Origin: a virus
IMG/VR virus record: IMGVR_UViG_3300028027_000054
Coordinates: 1-64,000 of that record
Length of the DNA: 64,000 nt
Direction: 5' to 3' (one strand)
Each line of letters starts with the position of its first letter. Positions within the stretch are counted from its first letter, which is position 1. The notes below the pieces were generated by a model. The model searched no databases. It had not been told where the DNA came from and was given only the letters and a program-made list of their open reading frames with translations. Shown here in pieces: positions 57,510 to 64,000 of this stretch. A program made the position numbers and the translations under genes.

Positions 57510-57764
57510 ATGTCTAATTTTTATGCACAAAAAGACGGTAATGGTTACCCCATCCCAGGCACTATGATGAGTGTGGAGGGTTCTGTTCCTGCAGTTAGCA
57601 ACGTCATTGCAATTCCTGCATCTGATGTGGTCTCTACAAAGACCCATCCTATTGGTCTACGCTACTTTGTACGTAAAGACGCAGTGGGTAACATCATCCC
57701 TAACTCCCTGATCATCAGCTTTGAAAAGCCTTCAGGACTAGTGTACGAGTTTAAAAAAGCCTAA
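57510..57764 (+). CDS. hypothetical protein with internal repeat
   Basis: FYAQKDGNGYPIPGT and YFVRKDAVGNIIPNS. Confidence 0.6.
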   Translation: MSNFYAQKDGNGYPIPGTMMSVEGSVPAVSNVIAIPASDVVSTKTHPIGLRYFVRKDAVGNIIPNSLIISFEKPSGLVYEFKKA

Positions 57765-57773
57765 CTCTTTAAA

Positions 57774-58082
57774 ATGCTAAGGGTCACCATGGACAAGATA
57801 AAAATCTGGGCATTTCCTGTACTGGTATCTATAGTGGGATGGTTTATCGTCAACACGTTGAACGAGATCAAGAATGACTTGGAACTCGTCAAACAAGACG
57901 TCAAAACCCTACTGGCTCAGTCTAATATAGACAAGACCCGCATTGACAACCTGGAAAGACAGGTGTTCGGTGCACTGAATACAAGCTCACCAATTAAGAT
58001 CCCTGTTACACCTGTTGCAAGACCTAATTATGACTTGTTCCTGGTGAGGGAAGAAGACATCAGAAGACTTATAAAATCATAA
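57774..58082 (+). CDS. single-TM coiled-coil protein
   Basis: N-terminal TM followed by a heptad region. Confidence 0.55.
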   Translation: MLRVTMDKIKIWAFPVLVSIVGWFIVNTLNEIKNDLELVKQDVKTLLAQSNIDKTRIDNLERQVFGALNTSSPIKIPVTPVARPNYDLFLVREEDIRRLIKS

Positions 58083-58092
58083 ATAACACTGT

Positions 58093-58383
58093 ATGACTTT
58101 TAAACAATGGGTCTTGGACCTTTTTAAAGATGAGAGAGGATCTACCTCTATGAAACCCGTTATCGGGCTTTTTTTAGCACTGTGCCTGGGCGGAACGCTT
58201 CTGGCCAACAGTTTTACCCATGGTGATATCAAGCCTTCTGACTCTTTGGTAGAGTGGACTGCTATTACCCTGGTGGCCATGGTCGCAGGAGATACCCTGG
58301 ACAAATTCTCTAAAAAGAAACCTGATGAAACACCTAGGAACAATAATAATTCTGGCTCTGATAGCTATTCTGATCCTGCGTGA
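58093..58383 (+). CDS. holin-like two-TM protein
   Basis: D..G..S.K motif, two TM segments and a charged tail, within the lysis cassette. Confidence 0.55.
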   Translation: MTFKQWVLDLFKDERGSTSMKPVIGLFLALCLGGTLLANSFTHGDIKPSDSLVEWTAITLVAMVAGDTLDKFSKKKPDETPRNNNNSGSDSYSDPA

Positions 58384-58933
58384 GATAGGCGGATGTAATG
58401 GCGGATCAGGTACTGGCGGTAAAGTAGATACAGTAAGAGTTGTAGATACTGTTTGGGAAAAACATGACACTACGATCTATAAGAAACTCACTGTAAAAGA
58501 GACCATCCATGACACCATGCCTCCTGAGTATTTACCCAGTCCGATGTATGACAGTCTGCTTGTCCAGTATAATGAACTGGCTAAGGATTTCCTGGCTAAG
58601 AACATCTACGAGGATACATTAAGGGTTCCTGCCATCAGGGGACTATTCATTGTTAAAGACACCGTCAAGAATAATAAACTATTGGGACGCAGCTGGACTG
58701 CAGACTTTATCCTGCCCACTGTCAAGGAAACCGTCACAATCACTAAGACCCTGCCACCTAAGCGTCAGCTGTACATCGGTGGTGGTATTACAGGGTCCCA
58801 GACCCAGATGCAGAGCATTAATGCTGGTATACTCTATAAGACCAGGAAAGAACGCATTCTAGGCGTCACTGGGGGTATCAATCAAGAGTTTAAACCCCAG
58901 GTAGGCGTCAGCCTTTACTGGAAGTTATTCTAA
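58325..58933 (+). CDS. membrane-anchored spanin-like protein
   Basis: N-terminal hydrophobic segment plus Cys, DT-rich repeats and C-terminal beta strands ending YWKLF. Confidence 0.5.
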   Translation: MKHLGTIIILALIAILILREIGGCNGGSGTGGKVDTVRVVDTVWEKHDTTIYKKLTVKETIHDTMPPEYLPSPMYDSLLVQYNELAKDFLAKNIYEDTLRVPAIRGLFIVKDTVKNNKLLGRSWTADFILPTVKETVTITKTLPPKRQLYIGGGITGSQTQMQSINAGILYKTRKERILGVTGGINQEFKPQVGVSLYWKLF

Positions 58934-58949
58934 CCTATATAAACACTGT

Positions 58950-59312
58950 ATGACTATGGCAATACCTGCTAAAAAACCAGCAGCTAAGAAGCCTGCTGCC
59001 CGTAAGTCACCCGCTAAGCCTGCATCAATCGTAGAGAAAGCTACCGGAGCATTCAAGATGCCGGTATCGTACAAAGAATTCGTGAAGAACCCTATTGTAG
59101 CCACACTATTTCTGGCTCTGACTGGTATTGGATACCTGTACATTGACGTAAAAGGTGTGTTTGAGAACAATGCAGTAAAGCAAGAGGTCCGCGTAGATAA
59201 GTTAGAAGGTAAAAACGACACGCTCCAGATAGAGCTGCGTAATGTATTGCTGGAAAAAGCAGCAGCTGGTGCTAAATCTGACATGGTCAATAAACTCCAG
59301 AAGATCCAATGA
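58950..59312 (+). CDS. TM/coiled-coil protein with basic AKKP repeats
   Basis: AKKPAAKKPAARKSPAKP, then a TM and a coiled coil. Confidence 0.55.
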   Translation: MTMAIPAKKPAAKKPAARKSPAKPASIVEKATGAFKMPVSYKEFVKNPIVATLFLALTGIGYLYIDVKGVFENNAVKQEVRVDKLEGKNDTLQIELRNVLLEKAAAGAKSDMVNKLQKIQ

Positions 59313-59632
59313 GAGTAGCCATCCTCATAGTGTTACTGTTAGCTTGCAACGTGAGTGGCCAAAACACAAACGAGGACCTTGCTAAAGAGCAGGCGTTCCA
59401 AAAACTGTTATTAGACAGTAAGAAGGTTCAAGCAGACGCTGTAAAGCAGGCCATGCAGGCTGATCAGCAAACCACGCAGATCGTAAACAAGGCAGCCAGT
59501 ACGATCAGTGCTTTAAAGGCAGAGGTCAAACAACTCAAACAAGAACTCAATGAAACTAAGAAAGCACTGGACTCTGTTGAGTCTAATGATAATACTCAGC
59601 CTTTCAACCTTAGCCCAATATCCGGCGGTTAA
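59309..59632 (+). CDS. putative lipoprotein/spanin subunit
   Basis: Signal peptide with LLAC lipobox and a coiled coil. Confidence 0.5.
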   Translation: MRVAILIVLLLACNVSGQNTNEDLAKEQAFQKLLLDSKKVQADAVKQAMQADQQTTQIVNKAASTISALKAEVKQLKQELNETKKALDSVESNDNTQPFNLSPISGG

Positions 59633-59942
59633 GAAGATCGGTAAGGACTCTGTGGTGATCATTACCCTTGAACAAGGTAAGCAGATCAACCAAAAGTTTG
59701 TGGTGTTGGAGGACAGCATCAAAAAACTAAAGCTGGACAAAGACAGTATTAAGGCCAGCTTTGACATGGAGTACCGTAAAGCCTTGCAGTATAAGAACCA
59801 GGCTGATACTTTTCAGCATTGGTATACAGAAAACAAGAAGATCTACCTGGACAAAGAACAGCGGTGGAAATCTGATAGAAGACATTACATGGGGTTCTCC
59901 TTTGTCCTCATGGTAATGGTCGTGCTCTTTGCCCATTTATAA
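59550..59942 (+). CDS. putative spanin partner
   Basis: Signal-like N-terminus, coiled coil and C-terminal TM. Overlaps the previous gene by 83 nt. Confidence 0.45.
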   Translation: MKLRKHWTLLSLMIILSLSTLAQYPAVKKIGKDSVVIITLEQGKQINQKFVVLEDSIKKLKLDKDSIKASFDMEYRKALQYKNQADTFQHWYTENKKIYLDKEQRWKSDRRHYMGFSFVLMVMVVLFAHL

Positions 59943-59954
59943 ATCCTATATCCT

Positions 59955-60554
59955 ATGAAGTTAGATGCACTGAAGGGACATGTCCCTGACACTGTCATTG
60001 CACAAATCCCTGGTGTCATGGAAAAGTTCCAGGTAAACACACCGTTAAGACTTGCACACTTTCTGGCACAATGTGGCCATGAATCTGGTGGGTTTAAACT
60101 TACTCAAGAGAACCTGAACTACGGAGCTAAGGGTCTGATGACCATATTTAAGAAATACTTTCCTACAGAAGCTTTAGCTAAGGCGTATGAGCGTCAGCCG
60201 GAAAAGATTGCTTCTAAAGTATATGGTAACCGCATGGGTAATGGTGATGAAGCTTCTAAAGAAGGCTACAAGTTTCGTGGTCGTGGATACATCCAGCTCA
60301 CTGGTAAAGATAACTACAAAGCTTTTGACGCTACGGTTCCTGAAGACATCCTGGCTAGTCCTGATCTGGTTGCTACTAAATATCCCTTGTTATCTGCAGC
60401 ATGGTTCTGGAGTAAGAACGGCCTGAATACACTTTCAGATAAAGGTGCCACTGATGCCGATGTAACGGCTATCACTAAGCGTGTCAACGGTGGGACCATT
60501 GGTCTGCCTGATCGGATTAAACATTTCAAAGAGTATCATAAACTTCTTGCATGA
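59955..60554 (+). CDS. GH19-family endolysin
   Basis: AHFLAQCGHES, FRGRGYIQLTG, SAAWFW and TKRVNGG. Confidence 0.93.
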   Translation: MKLDALKGHVPDTVIAQIPGVMEKFQVNTPLRLAHFLAQCGHESGGFKLTQENLNYGAKGLMTIFKKYFPTEALAKAYERQPEKIASKVYGNRMGNGDEASKEGYKFRGRGYIQLTGKDNYKAFDATVPEDILASPDLVATKYPLLSAAWFWSKNGLNTLSDKGATDADVTAITKRVNGGTIGLPDRIKHFKEYHKLLA

Positions 60555-60922
60555 TCTTGCTTAAACTTATCATAGCACTGATATATGCAGGTTTAAACAT
60601 CCTGCATGCTAAACATGATGCCTGGAGGATCTTTGATGGCCGCAGGATATACCATGGCATCAATGGTCTTGTACATGTTCTTATACTTATCCCAGTATAT
60701 TTTTATACTAAAGAGTGGTTCTTTGTGATCGGACTGCTGTCATTACGCAGAATTGTCTTTGACACAGCACTTAACATTTTTAGAGGTCTGAGGTTTGACT
60801 ATATCTCTGCTACCACTACATCTATTATAGACAGACTATCCTACAACATTCAGAAACGCTACGGATACGTCATGTATTACGGAATGTTCTTCCTACTTGT
60901 TCTACTCAGTATAATCCTATAA
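60551..60922 (+). CDS. multi-TM membrane protein
   Basis: Three to four hydrophobic segments. ATGA-coupled to the endolysin. Confidence 0.55.
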   Translation: MILLKLIIALIYAGLNILHAKHDAWRIFDGRRIYHGINGLVHVLILIPVYFYTKEWFFVIGLLSLRRIVFDTALNIFRGLRFDYISATTTSIIDRLSYNIQKRYGYVMYYGMFFLLVLLSIIL

Positions 60923-60925
60923 CCT

Positions 60926-61390
60926 ATGCAACTCTCTAAACACCTTTCCCTTGCTGAAGTGACCAGATCTGACTCTGCTAAACGCAAAGGCATTTCTAAC
61001 CAACCCACTCCTGAACACATTGAGAACTTTAAGAAGTTAGCTCTAAACATCTTTGAACCCATCCGTGAGCATTTTAAAGTGCCTATCCTGATCTCTTCTG
61101 GGTACAGGAGCAAGGATCTGAACACTGCTATTGGCGGAAGTTTGACATCCCAGCATTGCCAGGGTGAAGCCATTGACATCGACATGGACGGAGCAGGTAC
61201 CATTTCTAACGCTGATGTATTCAACTACATCAAGGACGAGCTCAACTTTGACCAGCTCATCTGGGAATTTGGTACAGATAAAAACCCTGACTGGGTGCAC
61301 GTGTCATACGAGTCTACCGGTAAACAACGCAAACAGATCCTGAAAGCAGTAAAAGTTGGTGGTAAAACACTGTATAAACCCTACGTCTAA
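60926..61390 (+). CDS. peptidase M15A-family endolysin
   Basis: ISSGYRS, SQH..GEAID and WVHVS zinc-ligand motifs. Confidence 0.9.
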   Translation: MQLSKHLSLAEVTRSDSAKRKGISNQPTPEHIENFKKLALNIFEPIREHFKVPILISSGYRSKDLNTAIGGSLTSQHCQGEAIDIDMDGAGTISNADVFNYIKDELNFDQLIWEFGTDKNPDWVHVSYESTGKQRKQILKAVKVGGKTLYKPYV

Positions 61391-61665
61391 TGGAAAACTC
61401 TAAGATGTCTTCTTTCCTGTCTAACAACTGGAGCATCATCGTGGGTGTACTTACGGTGTCTTTTGTTGCAGGCGGTGTTGTCTCTGAGTTCAGGCTCATG
61501 AGAGCTGAAATAGAAGAACTGAAAAAGGATACATCTACCAAGATCCAGCAGATCATAGAAAAAGACGAGCGTAAAAAAGACTGGTTAGAAGAGCAAGAAC
61601 AACGCATTGATGACCTGGAAGAATACAGGGCATATGAAGACGGCATTAACTCAACTAAAAAATAA
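61390..61665 (+). CDS. single-TM coiled-coil protein
   Basis: TM followed by a charged coiled coil. Confidence 0.55.
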   Translation: MENSKMSSFLSNNWSIIVGVLTVSFVAGGVVSEFRLMRAEIEELKKDTSTKIQQIIEKDERKKDWLEEQEQRIDDLEEYRAYEDGINSTKK

Positions 61666-61670
61666 ACACC

Positions 61671-61796
61671 ATGGCAAAAGGTAAAGGCGGTGAAAGCCGT
61701 AAAATCAATTTTGGTAAGCGTCGTAAAGGACTGGCTACCAAGAGACGGGGACCCAAGGACAAACCTGTATCTAAGTACAGGGGTCAGGGTAAATAA
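61671..61796 (+). CDS. 41-aa highly basic protein (absent from the ORF track)
   Basis: MAKGKGGESRKINFGKRRKGLATKRRGPKDKPVSKYRGQGK*. Fills the gap between the previous stop and the terminator. Confidence 0.7.
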   Translation: MAKGKGGESRKINFGKRRKGLATKRRGPKDKPVSKYRGQGK

Positions 61797-61833
61797 AAAA
61801 GAGCCGATGGAAGAATCCACCGGCTTCTTTATT
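61797..61833. terminator. bidirectional terminator between convergent blocks
   Basis: AGCCG.TGGA-AGAA-TCCA.CGGCT hairpin flanked by A- and T-rich runs. Confidence 0.65.
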
Positions 61834-61848
61834 AATAACCGTTGCTTA

Positions 61849-62196
61849 CTATTTGAGCCTCCAAACCCTACGTGCTCCATCAAGTTGTAAGCGAGATGTT
61901 ACAGCAAAACCGGGTTTGTACCTGGCAAACTGTTTAGCTGCATAGTGTAAGGAATTAGGTTGTTTACACACTGGATCTTTAGACGGTATCAGAAAACTAT
62001 CACCTGGTTTCATCAGAGCAAAGGGAAACTTAATGTCTGTAGAGCTGTTTCTCACACCAGCCATAATCACTCCTTCTTCTACGTTATAGATGTAGGTTCT
62101 GTCTTTTAATGGAGTGTCATCTAAAATAGTAGCTGGTTTCTTTCTTTTTACTGTAGCTGTCACCTTTTTAGGTATTACTTTCTTAGGTCGTGCCAT
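61849..62196 (-). CDS. small basic phage DNA-binding-like protein
   Basis: Start re-called to MARPKK. FPF..MKPGDSF..RVWR signature. Confidence 0.6.
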   Translation of the reverse strand: MARPKKVIPKKVTATVKRKKPATILDDTPLKDRTYIYNVEEGVIMAGVRNSSTDIKFPFALMKPGDSFLIPSKDPVCKQPNSLHYAAKQFARYKPGFAVTSRLQLDGARRVWRLK

Positions 62197-62287
62197 ATTG
62201 TGTTCTAATTTGCTGCTAAAGTTATTGCTCAAAGTAGAATGCTTGTCAAGTATTAATTTCAGCAGTTATTAGGTTACTATATGGTTA

Positions 62288-63811
62288 CTACCTCATTGCT
62301 ACACCGTACATATCAACTTTTTGTATCTTATGTCCGTCAAATACAACTACTTGATTCTTGTTAGAATACTGTTGAATGACATGAGAACTAAAGCTATTGA
62401 ACCTTGATCCTTCTACACCAATGAAGAATGCTTTATCTGAATAGATAGAACAGGAGTCTTCTGCATCTGTAATCACCAGGGCGTTGATATCATTGTTTAC
62501 AATAGAACGTACTGCTTCATTGATAGTTGTACCACCATCACAGTCAATCATTGCAATAGACATCATATCATTACGATATTTTTTTACACGGGTGTTAAAC
62601 AAATAGACATCATTAAGCATGTCCATCTCTTTGAGCTTGGCAATCATACTCTTGGCAAAGTCGATCTTGGAAATCTGACTGCCTTGAGCATTTTTTACTC
62701 CACAACCGCTGCTCATAGAACCGGATACGTCTACATATACGTCCACCTTACCGACGGACTTGGTATCTTTGATCTGTATGTCTTCTGCAAAGATCTTACG
62801 AAGCCTTGGGTGCAACAGTTCATAGTCTTCCAACCCGGATACATCCTGGGCATTGAACAGATCCTCATACTTGATGATCTTACGGGAAGAAAAGTAACTG
62901 GCACTTTTATCCAGGAGCTGCTTGATCTTTTCTTTCAGACTACCCATAGACAGCTTAACTGATTCTAGTTTGGCTACGATCTGACGCATGTAATCAGGAG
63001 ACAATTTACCTGCTGTGTCACCACAGTCTTTGTTGGCCTGCTCAAACATCTTTTCCTGGATATCCTGATCAATGTGTTCATCCATCATCTTACAGGTATC
63101 CTGGGCATCCTGCATCAGTTTGTCCAGCATGTTCTTAGATGGCTGGGATTCCATGTGTTGTTTCATGGCGTCATCTATATCATCTTGGTTAAACTGAGAG
63201 TCATCACTTCCGTTCAGACCATTCATCATCTGCTTTTGTGCCTCAGCATCTACGTATTCCATCTGCGTTAGTTGCATCAGGTAATACAGCATCATGTTCT
63301 TGGTAAACACAGCAGATTTCAGGTTGGATCCTTCGGTCATGATCTTACCTACAGGATTGTTGGCTTTCTCCAGGAACTTAAACCTGGTGGCATTTTTGTC
63401 ATCACGCTCGCTAAACTCAAGTTTATCCATCTTGTGATAGTATAACTTGTGAATGTCATACTTCAAAGACTTGGGAATCTTGGTATAGTTTTCCTTAAGC
63501 TTCTCATGAAACTTATTGATGTCTGGTTTCTGATCTTCGGGAAGCCTGCCAAACGCTGAAGTAGCTTTAAAGCGACCAAAGTGTTCTTGTATAGACTTTA
63601 CGTTTTGAAGTTCTTTATCAACCAGGCTATCAATCTTACCCTCATCTATATAGTGGATGTACGGTTTGACCAGGTCACTCTTCTGGTAGAAGTTGATCTT
63701 GCCAAACAAGCCGTCTCTGTCTTTGTAGTAAGACTGGCTCTGTATCTCTCCTTTCTTTACTTTCTCAAGAATGGTATATACATTCTTATACTGTTTGCCT
63801 TTTGAGGACAT
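62288..63811 (-). CDS. VWA-domain protein (ViaA/CoxE-like)
   Basis: C-terminal MIDAS motif: DVSGSM, GGT and ITD. Confidence 0.8.
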   Translation of the reverse strand: MSSKGKQYKNVYTILEKVKKGEIQSQSYYKDRDGLFGKINFYQKSDLVKPYIHYIDEGKIDSLVDKELQNVKSIQEHFGRFKATSAFGRLPEDQKPDINKFHEKLKENYTKIPKSLKYDIHKLYYHKMDKLEFSERDDKNATRFKFLEKANNPVGKIMTEGSNLKSAVFTKNMMLYYLMQLTQMEYVDAEAQKQMMNGLNGSDDSQFNQDDIDDAMKQHMESQPSKNMLDKLMQDAQDTCKMMDEHIDQDIQEKMFEQANKDCGDTAGKLSPDYMRQIVAKLESVKLSMGSLKEKIKQLLDKSASYFSSRKIIKYEDLFNAQDVSGLEDYELLHPRLRKIFAEDIQIKDTKSVGKVDVYVDVSGSMSSGCGVKNAQGSQISKIDFAKSMIAKLKEMDMLNDVYLFNTRVKKYRNDMMSIAMIDCDGGTTINEAVRSIVNNDINALVITDAEDSCSIYSDKAFFIGVEGSRFNSFSSHVIQQYSNKNQVVVFDGHKIQKVDMYGVAMR

Positions 63812-63824
63812 AGCTTTTTAATTT

Positions 63825-63867
63825 AAAAATGGCTGACTGGGTATTATTCCAGCCAGCCATTGTTTTT
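63825..63867 (-). terminator. intrinsic terminator/hairpin
   Basis: AATGGCTGACTGG..CCAGCCAGCCATT inverted repeat flanked by A/T runs. Confidence 0.6.
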
Positions 63868-64000
63868 AGAAAGGGTTGCTAGGAGCCATAGATTGAACAT
63901 CACCGGCTTCCATCATATTGTCAAAATCCTCAGAAGTCTGGTAGTCCTTACGAGCAGGATGGTTGGCTAGCAGATACTGCATGGACAGCTCGATCTCTTC
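63866..64000 (-). CDS. 3' end of a gene running off the window (possibly the MoxR-type AAA+ partner of the VWA protein)
   Basis: Open frame EEIELSMQYLL...APSNPF*. The identity is inferred from adjacency only. Confidence 0.4.
   Translation of the reverse strand, partial: EEIELSMQYLLANHPARKDYQTSEDFDNMMEAGDVQSMAPSNPF

Noticed and set aside
61690-61890. Track ORF 61690..61890 (+)
   Set aside because: It crosses the terminator and overlaps the convergent gene. The 41-aa ORF at 61671 explains the region better.
1-64000. Stop-codon reassignment, as known in some crAss-like phages
   Set aside because: Very long ORFs are intact in the standard code, and TAA, TAG and TGA all end genes at sensible, coupled positions.
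1-64000. CRISPR array, tRNA/rRNA genes, reverse transcriptase/DGR, integrase or IS element
   Set aside because: No regularly spaced repeats, cloverleaf-like intergenic sequence or catalytic motifs were seen, and intergenic gaps are short. A tRNA scan was not run.

Overview
This window is part of a crAss-like (Crassvirales-type) podovirus genome, probably infecting a Bacteroidota host, and it reads in the standard genetic code. It has four blocks. (1) + strand 1-38670: tail ring proteins, a small zincin, a 1584-aa tail stabilisation/muzzle-type protein, then seven very large virion cargo/ejection proteins. One of these is a 3645-aa two-barrel virion RNA polymerase (DFDVD motif). (2) - strand 38705-57391: replication and nucleotide genes (DnaA-domain-IV HTH protein, DnaB, AAA ATPase, SSB, primase, HNH, PD-(D/E)xK nuclease, PolB, DUF932-like, dNMP kinase, SP-lyase-like radical SAM, metallophosphoesterase, HAD, MazG, receiver-like phosphatase). 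(3) + strand 57510-61796: lysis/membrane cassette with GH19 and M15 endolysins. (4) - strand 61849-64000: a VWA protein and neighbours. The main candidate novelties are all in the injected cargo. (a) The four largest cargo proteins (about 7,465 aa) contain only four cysteines, all at the two junctions between consecutive proteins, which suggests a head-to-tail covalently linked ejection chain. (b) Three consecutive proteins look like polyproteins of small modules separated by about 22 copies of an [MYWFAKH]-x-x-G-G motif. (c) The virion RNAP is fused to a DarG-like macrodomain, a NADAR-like domain, an SF1B helicase and a zincin, a possible pre-loaded anti-DarTG apparatus. A shared late-promoter-like 17-mer and a palindromic operator-like site were also found. 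All family assignments come from motif recognition by eye; no database search was run.
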